A stretch of DNA of 64,000 nucleotides, from assembly GCF_009914755.1 (NCBI RefSeq), contig NC_060935.1, one strand, 5' to 3'. Below the pieces are notes generated by a model that did not search any database, was not told the origin of the DNA, and saw only the letters and a list, made by a program, of their open reading frames with translations. Source of the stretch: the human T2T-CHM13v2.0 reference genome, Homo sapiens. A program made the position numbers and the translations under genes. Shown here piece by piece: positions 46,501-60,046 of this stretch (the stretch's first letter is position 1; each line of letters opens with the position of its first letter).

Positions 46501-47089
46501 TCAGACATGTTGAAACAATAAAACAAAACATGTTTTTGTTCTTATATAATTTTTATAATTGTCAAAGAAAGTATAAGGAAAAAGTCACCTGTAATTGCAT
46601 CACCCAGTGGTTATCTCATTGTATTCATTTCTTCAACCGTTTTCTTACATTTAGCTTGATTTAAAAACAACTATTATAACCATTTGCTCCTATGAGTATC
46701 TTTGTAGCTATATTTTGTTCAAACCTCTATTTATTTCTTGAAAAAGTTGCCCACAGGAAGACTGCATCAATTTGCTCACTCACCAACCATATATAAGAGG
46801 TAGTCATATAACTATTAATGGTTTATATCTAGTGAAACTGAAGGCTGCAAACGTCAAAATGGTTCCAACATTAGTGTCAGTAAATAAGGGTTGGACATGA
46901 ATCCTTGCTTCCTTCCAGTTTATTCTGTTGCGCCTCCTAGGAGGAGAATGACCAGATTCGCTGACATTTGGGGCCAGGAGTGGTGGGGAGAACGTCTGAG
47001 ACACACGCATAGGGTTTTGTTTTGTTTTGTTTTTTGTTTCAGGAAGCAGTCAGTTGCCCAAAGAACAATAGTTAGGAAACCAAGCCCTC

Positions 47090-47920
47090 AGAGGACCGCA
47101 TTAACTTGTGCAGTAACAAGTTCAGGGACGCTGGGTGTCTCAGCTGTTCAATAACAAGAGAGGGGCAGAAAGGAAGGTTGCCATGGTGATGGCTTGCCGC
47201 ACGTGCCGCATGGGGGTGGGGGCGGAGGTGACTTTCTGCAGAGCTAAATGAAGCTGTGGAAGTCGCCTCTCCTTGGCCTTGGGATGCGGCCCAAATTTGA
47301 GGCGTCTCGGCCGCTGCCTGGAGCCGGGCTGGAAGCACACTGGATCCCTTGGGGAAGGCAGGCTGCCCTTAGCATACAGAAACCCCCTCCTGGCAGCCAT
47401 TTTATCGCATCTCTTATTCTTTGGCTTCTTCCCGGCTCAGGCCTCAGTGAAGCCCAGTTCACTCCAGGGTCTGCGGCGGGAGGCGGGCGCGCCCCACAGT
47501 GCGGGCTCGCCACGCGGTCCCTTGGCCTTCCCCATCTTACTTGCAGCTTCGCGCCGGGAAGGGTTGGTTTTCGTGGTGGTTTGATGTTGGGAGGGGAAAT
47601 GGAAATTAAATTCCCGGCAGACTGGGTTGCGATCTCACATCTTGATCCTACTGCGGGTGCGTAAAGAAAACGGAGACGCAGATGTGATTCGTAAGTGAAG
47701 GCTGTAGTCTTGGCGCACTTGGCAAAGGCTTTTTATTTCATACATTATTTGTATTCTGCCGCAGTGATTTCGGAGGCAAAGCAGACGCGCACTAGCCTGG
47801 AATTAAGACACGTATTCACACATTGGTTAAGGACGCCAAGCAGATACTAATCCGTGGTGTTTTCACAGAAAAGAGAAAATGCACAGGCAGCACATGTCTT
47901 TCTATTTCACTCCGCTGCAG
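47090..47920. promoter_or_regulatory. CpG-island promoter, probably bidirectional
   Basis: Only non-Alu CpG/GC-rich stretch in the window; X-box GTTGCCATGGTGAT 47177-47190, CACGTG 47200-47205, GGGGCGGAG ~47219-47227, YY1 CAGCCATTTT 47394-47403; donors GTAAGA (minus, 47540-47535) and GTAAGT (plus, 47691-47696). Confidence 0.8.
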
Positions 47921-49286
47921 TGGGGAGATGCAAGGCAGGGCCTGAGTAATAGTATGCTTGATTAAATTCGGTCGCATTGCCTGCTTTAGGCATTTCATTT
48001 TTCCACCTGATGGATGGGGTGACACTAAACTGTGGCATTTTCTTTGTCTGCACTGTGTTTTGTATGTGCTACATGGCATGCAGTTTAGTGCAGAACTGGT
48101 TTTTTTGACAACTGGAAATAGTAACTTCTGTAATTACTGTACAGTGATGTAATCCAATGAAAAATCTTTTGGGTGGGGGGAAGAACTTAGGCAGAAAAGA
48201 TTGTTAAAGGCAGTGATGATGGGATTTGGAGGTATAAAAAGGATGACAAAGCAGAAATAACTTCACTGCCCTCAAGCTAGGAGCAAAGTTCATTTATAAT
48301 TCTCATAGTTACAGAAACTAAAAGCTAAAAAATGGTTCCGTGAGACAAAATCTTTTCTAACATTGCCTTTTCACAGTTGGAGAAATAAAGATTTGAAGAG
48401 GTAAAGAATTAACTTACCAAGGTCACAAAGCCGTAGGAATACAGACCTGCTTTTCTGGTTTAACTACGCTAAGTCAAAAAAAGCGAGATATGGAATTAAC
48501 TGCATTGAAAAATGAATGATTCTCAAACTTTTTATCTCAGCCTCCTTCACACTCTCAATTATTGAGGACCCTAAGGGCTTTCGTTTTTGTGAACTGTATC
48601 TATCACTGTTTATCATGCTAAAATGCAAAATTTGGAATAAAAATACTTATTAATTCATTTTAAAATAGCAATAAAACATTAGATGATAACCCAAATAACT
48701 CATTTTTATGAAGAAGAAAATTAATGAGAAGGGATACATAGATTTCCATTTTTTGAAAATTAGTGTGGAGCTTATAGTTCGAGTCTCATCTCTGCTTCTG
48801 CATTCAATCTGTTTTAATGTGTTGCTTTGATTAACATACATGAAGAAATCTAGCCACTCATACCAAAAGAGAGGACCTGGTACCAGAAAGAGTCTTGAGA
48901 ACTCTCAATAAGAGGTGTGCTGCTCCACTTGTGGAGAGTGTTTTAATAACCAGTTCATCATTGAAGAGAAAGCCCACTTTGTAGCACTGCCAATTTCTCT
49001 GGTGTAAATACTCCCAACATGGCTGGTAATGCAAAGTTGGGAAAAGACAGGCAGTAGCACATTATTCTATAGTATTTCTACCATACAAATACAACAGCTA
49101 GAAATAACCACAAGAGCCTAACAAGATTGTAATAAAATGTAGTAAAATGATTAGGAAATGATGGGTTGTGAATATTTATTATCTTTACGTTAATATAATT
49201 TGTTTAATTGACGTTTTTATAATATACTTTTTAATAATGATTATGTTTAAGGACTGACTCACAAAATTCTTTAAAATTTGACAGTG

Positions 49287-50162
49287 AGGACTGCTGAGTC
49301 AAATGGTATTTCTGGTTCTAGATCCTTCAGGAATCGCCACACTGTCTTCCACAATGGTTGAATTAATTTACATTCCCACCAACAGTGTAAAAGCATTCCT
49401 CTTTCTTCACAGCCTTGCCAGTATCTGTTGTTTCTATATTTTTAAATAATCGCCATTCTGATTTGTGTGAAGTGGTATCTCATTGTGGTTTTCATTTGCA
49501 TTTCCTTAATGATCAGTGAAGTTGAGTATTTTTTCATGTTTGTTGGCCATATACATGTCTTCTTTTGAGAAATGTCTGTTCATGTCCTTTGCCCACTTTT
49601 TGAAAGGTTTGTTTTTTTTTCTTGTAAATTTGTTTAAGTTCCTTGTAGATTCTGGATATTAGAATAAAAATTATTCTATTATAAAGGTACATGCATGTGT
49701 ATGTTCATTGTAGCACTATTCACAATAGCAAAGACATGGAATCAACCTAATTGCCCATCAATGATAGACTGGATAAAGAAAATGTGGTACATGTTTATGA
49801 TGGAATACTATGCAGCCATAAAAAGCAACAAGATCATGTCTTTTGCTGGGACATGGATGGAGCTGGAAGCCATTATCCTCAGCAAACTAACACAGGAACA
49901 GAAAACCAAACACCACATGTTCTCACTCATAAGTGGGAGCTGAACAATGAGAACACATGGACACAGGAAGGGGAACAACACACACTGGTGCCTGTTGGGG
50001 GCTGGGGGAGGGAGAGCATCAGGATAAATAGCTAATGCATGTGGGGCTTAATATCGAGGTGATGGGTTGATAGGTACAGCAAACCACCATGGCACATGTT
50101 TACCTATGTAACAGACATGCACATCCTGCACATACATCTCAGAACTTAAAATAAAATAAAAT
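49287..50162 (+). mobile_element. L1PA (about PA8) with 5' inversion (minus 49287-~49663; plus ~49662-50162)
   Basis: Opposed arms with a 2-nt junction overlap; perfect 15-bp TSD taaaatttgacagtg 49272-49286 / 50505-50519 enclosing both this L1 and the following Alu. Confidence 0.92.
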
Positions 50163-50165
50163 ACA

Positions 50166-50504
50166 CACTTTGGGAGGCCAAGGTGGGCAGATCATGAGGT
50201 CAGGAGATTGAGACCATCCTGGCTAACAGGGTGAAACCCCATCTCTACTAAAAATACACAAAAAAAATAAAATTAGCCTGGTGTGGTGGCGGGTACCTGT
50301 AGTTCCAGCTACTCGGTAGGCTGAGGCAGGAGAATGGCGTGAACTCGGGACGCGGAGCTTGCAGTGAGCCTAGATTGCGCCACTGCACTCCAGCCTGGGC
50401 GGCAGAATGAGACTCTGTCTCAAAAAAATAAAATAAAATAAAATAAAATAAAATAAAATAAAATAAAATAAAATAAAATAAAATAAAAAAATAATAATAA
50501 TAAA
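50166..50504 (+). mobile_element. 5'-truncated AluY with (AAAAT)n tail
   Basis: Begins at cactttgggagg; Y diagnostics; pentanucleotide tail 50422-50504. Confidence 0.92.
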
Positions 50505-50730
50505 TAAAATTTGACAGTGGATCCTCAAGAGATGTCAGAAGCTGCTCCAGCACACCACTACCTCCAGGGATCCTCAAACCATAATGGGACAACCAGTGTA
50601 TGAAGTTAATTCAACAAAAATTATTAAGCACTTAGTTTGTGCTAATGTGTGGATAATACATGTATTGAAATACAGAAATAAAAGAGTAATATCAAGGGTG
50701 GGGAAAAATAACTACAAAATGCAATAATTT

Positions 50731-51186
50731 GTGCTTAGTCCATTCAGGCTGTTATAAGAAAATACCATAAATGGGGTGGCTTATAAACAAACATCCATTT
50801 CTCACAGTTTTGGAGGCTGGGAAGTCCAGGATCAAAGCACCAGCAGATGCAGTGTCCGGTGAGGGCCCCTTTTCTGGCTCATAGGTGGCAACTGTTTGCT
50901 GTGTCCTTCACATGGTGGAAGGTGCAAGACAGCTTTCGGAGACCTCTTTTTTTTTGAGACAGAGTCTTGCTCTGGAGTGCAGTGGTACCATCTTGTAGCA
51001 TCTGCTATATGCTATGATTTCACCCCAACCTTCATCTGAGGCCTCTTTTACAAGGGCATTAATCCCATCATGAAGGTTTTTCCCTCATGACCTAATCACC
51101 TCCCAAGGTCCTACTTCCTAATACTATCACATTGGTGATTAGGTTTGAACACATGAATTTTGGGGGAACACATTCAGACAGTAGCA
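50731..51186 (-). mobile_element. MaLR solo LTR (MSTD/MLT1A-like) with a small composite insert
   Basis: cttagtccattcaggctgttataag...ggaggctgggaagtccaggatcaa...catgacctaatcacctccca...cacattcagacagtagca. Confidence 0.8.
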
Positions 51187-51302
51187 ATTAGGATACTTTA
51201 AACCTTCCATTATTAACTCAGTTTAAGTTAGTTATCCGGCTTCTTTATTGCTTTCCTAAGCACACCCCTCCCTCCAAATGATAATGTGTTTGTTTTCTCT
51301 AG

Positions 51303-51393
51303 ACGTTACCATTTTATATTTTGTAGTAGGGCTGTAGGCTAAGCCAATATTTTCATCTGACAGCAGTGATCTGGATGTAACATCTCTCTAAAG
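51303..51393 (+). other. Candidate non-coding internal exon
   Basis: Acceptor tttgttttctctAG (51301-51302), donor AAG|gtaaaa; unique sequence; no transcript evidence available. Confidence 0.3.
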
Positions 51394-53135
51394 GTAAAAT
51401 ATTATCATCTTTACAAACAGAAGTACGTAAACCTCCAGGATTTACGAATTTAAGCTTCTGTGCTACAGACCGCAGGATTTGTTTGGTCTTCAGCACAAGC
51501 ATATTGTTTCCAGATTAGAGGGGCCATACTCATGGTGAATGCTTGAAATATGTACTGACATTGTGGAAAATTAGTCATTCAATGATTATTTATTGATCCT
51601 CTGCTATATGCTAGAAGCTGGGGAGCTTACCACCCTAAGTAGCTACTCAGTGCTTAAAGCCAACACTGATCATGGGTGTTTCCCTGGGCATTGGAATTGG
51701 TGTGAAATAGGTATTGCCCTGAGCACTGTGATGGCAAAGTGTAGGAGGCACAGTGCCCTTTTTTATTATATTCTACAACTACTCAGCAATGTTTCATGTG
51801 CACACTCCCATGAACATATTCTTTAGTGATGATTTGAGTCACATTTGCTCTGGTTGCTGCCTTGCAACATTTGAAATGATTTGGAAATAAAACATTTTTA
51901 TTTGTTGGTTTAAGTATCAAATATAAAGGAAAAGCAATTCAATTACAAGAGAGACTTGGTAAGGGCCTTACCAAAGGACTGTTGGTAAAGACCTATACGC
52001 TGCACCTCGGCCTAGTGGCCTAGTGCAGGAAAGCTAGAATGTGCATCCATTTTAGATGAAGTGATCGCTCAGAGGGCAGGGCCTGCTTTGTGTAGCTGGG
52101 TGTCATTGATCAAGGCACACCTCTAAAGGATGTGTGGCCTAATTGTCAGCGATGGAAAAATAGATTTGCTGTGGTCAGAAAATCAAAGTTCTCAACTTAG
52201 CATGCCAGGCTCCATTTCTTCCATGCCGTTCCTTATCATCTGGGGTTTTAGAAAAGAAATCTGGGATGAGGCAGAAGAAATGAAAGTGACTTCATGTGAT
52301 TCTCATGACTTTGCTTCCACAACATATTGCCCTAATGGGTATGGATGGAAGCTCTGGGGCTTAGTCCTTAAGTTTTATAAATAATTAACTCTATGACCCA
52401 ACTCTATGAGAAGTTGAAATAAATACCCTCTAAAGTTCTTTGTAGTTTTACAATAATTTCATGTCTAAGACAAAATACTATAGAAGTTCATAAAGACCGT
52501 AAGTCTTTTGACATTAAAGCTAAATATTGCTGTGATAAGACCACCTCCAAATCCTCACTGCAGAGGCAATTTCATTGAATAATTTAATTAAGTGCATGAG
52601 CTTTGAAATTAGACAAAGCTGTATTTGAATGCTTCCTCAGCCACTTACTAGAGATGTGACCTTGGGTACATAACTTAAAACCTCTTTCAGATGCCATTTC
52701 TTCATCCTTAGAGTTAAGATTCATTCATGTCAACAAATATTTTTTATGAAGCACCTATTATATGCAAGTCACTCTTGTAGGCACAGAAGATATTAACAAA
52801 CAAGACAGATCTAGCCCTCTTCTCATGGCTAATAATCTGATAGATGGAGATAGACAATACACAATAAGTAAAAATATAGAATAGAATGTAAACTGGTGAT
52901 ATCTGCTATAAGGGATTGATCCTTAATTTTTTTTGTCTTGGGACTTTGAAAATCTTAAATTACAAAACACCCAAAGAAATTTTGTTTGTATAGGTTATAT
53001 CTATTGATATTTGTCATATTAAAAACTAAAACAAAATTTTTAAATTATTAGTTTATCTAGAAATAATAAGAATTACCCCATCATATGTTAACATAAAAAC
53101 ATTTTTCATTGAAAATGACTATAGTTTACAAATTA

Positions 53136-53509
<374 letters not shown>

Positions 53510-54299
53510 GAATATCCAGCCTCACACAGATAAGTAGTTGGAAAAGGGAAGACTACTGTAATAGTATTTTCAGGTAATTGTGGCTGTTCTGTAATGCTAC
53601 ATCAAAACTTGACAAGTGGTTGTTTCCTTAATGTTAATTACAATGTAAAATCTAAAATCATATCAATGAACTTTCCATACTTGGTTACATTAGAAACCAT
53701 CAGTCAGCCTTGCACTCTGAGTAAATCTTTTATCCATTTATGATTTTGTACCATCAAGTATTGGCCATTTGGAAAGTATTACTTTACTGAATTATGCACA
53801 TATTCCAAATTTTGACATATTTCATTTTAAAATATCAGAAAGCATTTGTTAATATGATCAATATTATCATCAGATAAGTCTTAAGCACTGGGAAGCTTTC
53901 AAGCTCATGATGGTATATACAGATTTTCCAAAATTCTAATTTTTGTTGGAAAACTCAAATTTTGTCACTGGCAACAAATACTGTCAGTTGTTTTTCTTGA
54001 AACGACAGACTCGCTTTGTTTATTTTTTAGAAAATGTCTGCCAAATACTCAAGTTTTTCAGTTGTTCTTTTGAATAAAATGCTGCTCCATGAAAAATGGT
54101 TAATTCAGTTCTCAACTCAATTACATAAGTGTTTTACTTTGAGATAATCATTGTACAGCAAAAGCGCTTTATGTGTACTTCCCATTTCATCACATAGAAT
54201 ATTGAAAAGATGTGTATTTAAGAGTGGAGGTTCAATAAAAGTAATAGATTTTGCTATTTTGTCAAGGATATTCTTTAGTGACGCTTTTTGTTTTTCATT

Positions 54300-54830
54300 C
54301 TTTTTTTACTATTATTATTCTTTAAGTTCTGGGATACATGTGCAGAACGTGCAGGTTTGTTACATAGGTATACATGTGTCATGGTGGTTTGCTGCACCCA
54401 TCAACCCATCATCTACATTAGGTATTTCTCCTAATGCTATCCCTCCCCTAGCCCTCCACTCCCTGACAGGCCCCAGTGTGTGATGTTTCCATCCCTGTGT
54501 CCATGTGTTCCCATTGCTCAGCTCCCACTTACGAGTGAGAATATGTGGTGTTTGGTTTACTGTTCCTGTGTTACTTTGCTGAGAATGATGGTTTCCAGCC
54601 TCATCCATGTCCCTGCAAAGGACATGAACTCATCCTTTTTTATGGCTGCATAGTATTCTATGGTGTATATGTGCCACATTTTCTTTATCCAGTCTATCAT
54701 TGGTGGGCATTTGGGTTGGTTCCAAGTCTTTGCTATTGTGAATAGTGCCACAATAAACATATGTGTGCATGTGTCTTTAGAGCAGAATGATTTATAATCC
54801 TTTGGGTACATACCCAGTAATGGGATTGCT
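54300..54830 (-). mobile_element. 5'-truncated L1PA (about PA6-PA7) 3' end
   Basis: tttaagttctgggatacatgtgcagaacgtgcagg... to cccagtaatgggattgct; ORF peptide AIPLLGMYPKDYKSF. Confidence 0.92.
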
Positions 54831-56319
54831 TGTTTTGTATCTAGAGCTGCATGGTGGTGAAACACACAATGACCACTAGGACAGCTTGGGGCCAATGCCT
54901 TGATTCACGCCAAGGCACCAAGAGTCTTATTTACTTATTTTCTTATTGCTTTTACACCATTAGTACAAATGTAGATACAGCAAAAAAGGCAGATAAGATA
55001 TCAGTATTATTATGAGAATACGGTTGTCCTCATGCATGCCCTTAAAGAGACTGAGATTCCCACAGGGCTGTAGACCACACTTTGAGAACCACTGATATAA
55101 CAAAGATAATTCAAGGGGAAGGTCCATCAATTGACTTGGGGAGGGTAGGCAGCAACTCTAGCTTGGGTGGTCAGGAAAAGCCTCTCTAAGAAGACAAGAT
55201 TTAAGCTGAGACGAGAGGGAGCCAGCCAAATGAAGACTTGCAGGAAGAAAGAATTCTGATGGAGAAAACCGCTAATACAAAGCTCAGAGGTGGGAAGTTC
55301 AGGAATAGAAAGAAGGTCACATGGATAGGACAAAGTGAGCAAAGGAAGATTTCAAGATGAGCTTGGTCAGTAAAAATAATATAATATCTGAATCACAGAA
55401 TTGGTGTTTAAATAAAATAATGCTTATAAAGTGCTTAGCTCAATACTTTTCCTGCTACCTAGCACCCAATAAATGTAGCCTGTGTTACTTGTGTATGTGG
55501 TGAAACTATGTGTTCTATCAGCTTTGAAATCTGTCTTTTCCTGGTATGCACAAGCTTTGAGGCATAAAAGACTGAGATTATTGTGTTCCTTTTTAGAAAA
55601 ACACTGTCAAGGCAAACATGTAACTCACAATGCTCTAACATTGAGCTCAGCACACTTATAGCTTAAGCAATTGAGCTAAGATGTAATGCTATTCCTTATC
55701 TAAAAGAAAATAAAAATGGTTTAACCCATATATGTATAAGTTTGTTAAACCAAAAGTGCAGCTTAGTGGATAGGGAGATGTTTAAAATCCAAAAATGCTA
55801 GAAACTAGTAGACAGCATAAAATGAGATGCATTCCAAGAGAAGGACGGATATTCTTTTCCCACTAGCTGAGTACAGATTGTTTGTGATTTACATTTATCA
55901 GATACTATGTTATTCGTGATTGCCTCAGATTCATCAGACATTAAATAAGCAGTTGCTAGCCTTCTGGTCATCCTTTGCTTAGCATCATGTTATGGCAAGA
56001 ACTGGGCCTGATATCTTTGTTCATTTGATTATTTATTCATTCAGCCACCATTAATTGATGTTTATTATAGATTAATGGTTGTTCTGGAAGCTGAGATACA
56101 GAAATGCAAGAAGTACTTGCATCTCAAGGAACTCCCAGTGTGGGAGATGAAGCAGATAAGCAAAAACAAATATATCTTATTTGAAGCAAATACCAAGTAT
56201 TGTGAGAGTTAAGAAGGCAATCAAATCTTTGTGAGGAAGGTAATGTGGAGGATGCTAAAGCTTCCTTAAAATGGTGACATATAAGCTGACCCTTAAAAGG
56301 ATAAGTAACAATTACCCTA

Positions 56320-56910
56320 TGTCAAAGAAAAAATTGTGCTGGAGAAAGTTAAACAGGCAAAGATGGCTTGATTCAAGCTATTTAAATAGGCGAAAGAGGA
56401 AAGAACTCAGTCTGAACTCAATTCCACTGAAACAAAAGGAGGGAGGGGTTTTAAGTTCTGCGATGAGCTAGTGGAAAAGTACTGTGGGACATTAGAGATA
56501 AGTCATAGCCCACTGATATTTGCTAATTGGCTTTGTCCAAAGGAAAAAACAAACTTCCCATATGTATATGACAGGACATCGTTGTACTACATGGAACAAG
56601 CTGCTCACTAAAGTTAGGCTCCTGCTCTCCCAAGACAGACTATGAAATAGGGGAGATAGGGGCACTATCTTCCTTGATGATTGCATTTCAAATACATGGC
56701 TCTCAGATCCTGAAGAAAGACATTCCTGGTTTGTAAAACTGGCAAGAGACTGGGAGAAGATTTACATTTCTAAAAGGCAGAGGAAGGATTTACAGTTACA
56801 AGCTTTCTAAAGCAAACCCTCTAATAAAATAGAAGTCAGGGACCTAAAGTCAGGAAGGAACCTGTCTAAAGGTTAGTCAAGCAGAAGAGACCAGTAGGCC
56901 ATTTTGGTCA
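56320..56910 (-). mobile_element. ERV1 solo LTR (MER67/MER31 group)
   Basis: TG...CA termini; gtcaggaaggaacctgtctaaaggttagtcaag near the end resembles the recalled MER67 start. Confidence 0.6.
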
Positions 56911-57469
56911 CCAGAAAAGTATGCAGAAAAGTCATTTCAGGCAATATAATATAACCATGCCACAAAGCACATTGATCACTTAATATATACCACACTAAAT
57001 ACTTTGGTCACACACGTGCACCCACATGAGCAAATCCCATTTGCTATTCACATTTTATGAATGATTAAACTAGGTCTTAGAGATATTAAATAGCATAGTC
57101 GAGGCTGTATAATCAGCATAACTGCAGAGCTGGGATTTGAAACCTGGTCACTTAACCGCAAATTAGATGGACTTCACCACTCATAAAACACTGCTTTCCA
57201 GTTGGTTGAAGAAAATATATGTATAACTTATTTTGAGAGATTGGTTTGTTGTCCCAACATTTTTTTGTGATAATTTTAGACAGCCAGCAAAACCAAAAGC
57301 ATTTTACAGCGAACCTCTATGTACTCCTGACCTATACTCTGCCATAAACATTCTACTATACTTACCTTATTACATATCTCTCTCTTCAATGCTACATCCA
57401 TCCATCAGTCTCATTTTATATCAGTACTTTTCTCCCTAAATACACCATCACATGTATTGTTAAATAGAT

Positions 57470-58510
57470 TTGAATGTTGTTTATAGATTTTTTCTTTTCT
57501 TATAAAATTTACAAAATAAAATGAACAAATCTCAAGTGTACATTCACTGACGCTTAACACATGCACATACTTGTGTAACTCAAACTCACGTCAATACATA
57601 GAAACTTACCATCACCATAGAAAGTTTTCTCATGCTCTTTTCTCATCACGCCACCCTCAACCCCAAGAGGCAAACTTTCTTCTAATTTTATGCTTCTCTA
57701 GATTAGTTTTCCTTGTTCTAGAATTTTAAATAAATAAAATCAGACAGTATAGTATCTTATGCAAGGCCTCTGTATAGTTAGTTGTATGAGTCAACTTGGC
57801 TAGGTCATAGTACACAGTTGTTCACTCAAACACCAATATGGATGTTGCTGTGAAGGTATTTTGTGTATATGTTTATCACCTACAGTCAATTGACTCTAAG
57901 TAAAACATACTATTCTGAATAATGTCATTGGGCCTCATCCAATCAGTTGAAGTTCTGAGGAGTAAAAACTGAGCTTGCTGAAGAAGAAATCTAGCATGAC
58001 TGCAGCATCAACTCGTGCCTGGATTTCCAGCCTGCTGGTCTGCCCTACAGACTTTGGCCTTGCCAGCCCCACAATCATGTGAACCAATTTCCTAAAATAC
58101 CCTATTGATTCTGGCTCTGTCCAGGTTTTGGCTAATTATAAATGAAGCTGCTATAAGCAATTTTTAGTAAGTCATTTTGTAAACATATGTTTTTATTTAT
58201 CTTGGGTAATTATCTTGGTGTGAAGAATCATAAAATGTATATTCAATTTTATAAGAAACTCTCAGAACTTTTGTTCAAAGTGTACAATTTAATATTCTCA
58301 CCATCATATATGGGAGTACTAATTGCTCCATATTCTCACCAGCACTTGTTATGGTCAGTCCTTTAAAATTTTGCTATTCTTGTGGGTGCATAGTGGCATG
58401 GCATTGTTTATTAAGTTGCATGCCCCTGATGAACAGCTTCTTCATGTAAGTGGCCACTTATATATCCTTTTCTGTCACATATCTGTTTAGTACCCTTGTC
58501 TATTCCTCCA
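57470..58510 (-). mobile_element. L1M 3' relic interrupted by an MLT2D-like LTR (about 57770-58120, plus)
   Basis: ttaccatcaccatagaaagttttctcatg; gtcaacttggctagg...gatgttgctgtgaaggtattttg...ggcctcatccaatcagttgaag. Confidence 0.7.
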
Positions 58511-58637
58511 CTGTCCTTTCTATGATCTGTGATGTCATCCTCTGGACAAATAAATATCTTGAGACTCTCCTCTCCAGGCAAGACTGGCTTTCATTAATAT
58601 ATCATTTGAGAGCTAATAAAGTCAGTATCTTCTACAG

Positions 58638-58674
58638 GGAGATCATTTAACAAGGATATGTCACAGATTTGAAG
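58638..58674 (+). other. Candidate 37-nt non-coding exon
   Basis: Acceptor gtatcttctacAG, strong donor AAG|gtaaga. Confidence 0.3.
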
Positions 58675-59713
58675 GTAAGACTGCAAAGCATATTTTGAAA
58701 AGCATTAACTCCTTTCCCTCTATATTCTAGAATGGTTTTATGGTACAGAGTGAGTTGAATTACACTGTGTAGCTCTGTATATACTTTATTGGACACATTT
58801 CTTCGTTTTTAACTGAAATTGACATATTGTTTCTTAGTCTGATCAACACTTTAGTCTGCTATTTGCCATCACTTTTTATGAGTTGTATTTTCTTACATAA
58901 AACATTCCAATCACTTGTTTATTACTTCTATTTTCCATTTCTTCAGTAGCATAGAAATTTCAAGCCAACATCTGTTGGAAAATTATTTGTGTCGAAGGAA
59001 GTGCCAAAGATCTCACTATGTATATACTGCAAGAAATGCAAATACTGTCTTTCACTCTTACCCTGATCTACTTACTCTAGTAATGAAAATACATTCTTAA
59101 AAAAGATTCAATTTCTCTGTATTACAAATTTAGGGAGAGCTTTTCCTTTATTTTTAAGTCAGTTTTATAGGTATATTTTCCCTTCACTTCTCTATCCTAG
59201 TTATAGAACATAGGCTCTGTTTGAAAAGAAAAATCTTTGCTCATCTCACATAGATAGAACCTTTATGAAATGAGGGAATTCAGTGGGAGATCTTATTAGT
59301 AACACTGACACTGCTCATTTTTTTGGTGAGATCTCGACAGTTTTTCCCATTTCTACCAGCAGCACATGTCATTTCTCATCAGTTATTTTCCTTTTTCAGG
59401 ATATATAAAAAGAGCAAGTGGTATTGGGAGAGAAAAAAGCATAACTTCCTCATTGTTATAAGTTCTTAAGAACCAGGGACTTAGCCGTTCCTTGATCAAA
59501 TCTAAAAAGACAAGAAACTCTTTGGTCTCTTTACTTGTTTTTCTTGGTACTTTTGAAGTGATTCAGACCTTGACCCTCCCCACATTTGGAAATCAATACA
59601 TTGCCTGGCTAATGGAGTACCAATACAAGACCACCTGCCTACTTAGAGAGTTGTTGAAAGATGAGATGCAAAACCTACCACATTGGAGTTTTTGGTCTGA
59701 GGCTTTTGTTTGA

Positions 59714-60046
<333 letters not shown>

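Larger units (their letters stand above)
48910..50560. mobile_element. MER63-like (hAT-Blackjack) fossil split by an L1
   Basis: ggtgtgctg start and ctccagcacaccact end (TIR-like); ggtgtaaatactcccaacatgg internal. Confidence 0.65.
48515..50598 (+). mobile_element. Charlie1b-like hAT fossil, split (about 48515-48906 and 50561-50598)
   Basis: tgattctcaaactttttatctcag...attattgaggacccta...ctgcttctgcattcaatctg...gaggacc; terminal remnant ccagggatcctcaaaccat...aaccagtg after the nested inserts. Confidence 0.7.

Noticed and set aside
47212-47228. G-rich tract as a G-quadruplex
   Set aside because: Only two long G-runs; better explained as GC/GT boxes
47072-47664. Overlapping 86-138 aa ORFs in the CpG island
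   Set aside because: Expected from stop-codon scarcity at high GC; no recognisable domain; they occur on both strands
47090-47920. Assigning a gene symbol to the promoter
   Set aside because: I do not recognise the locus and no coding exon is visible
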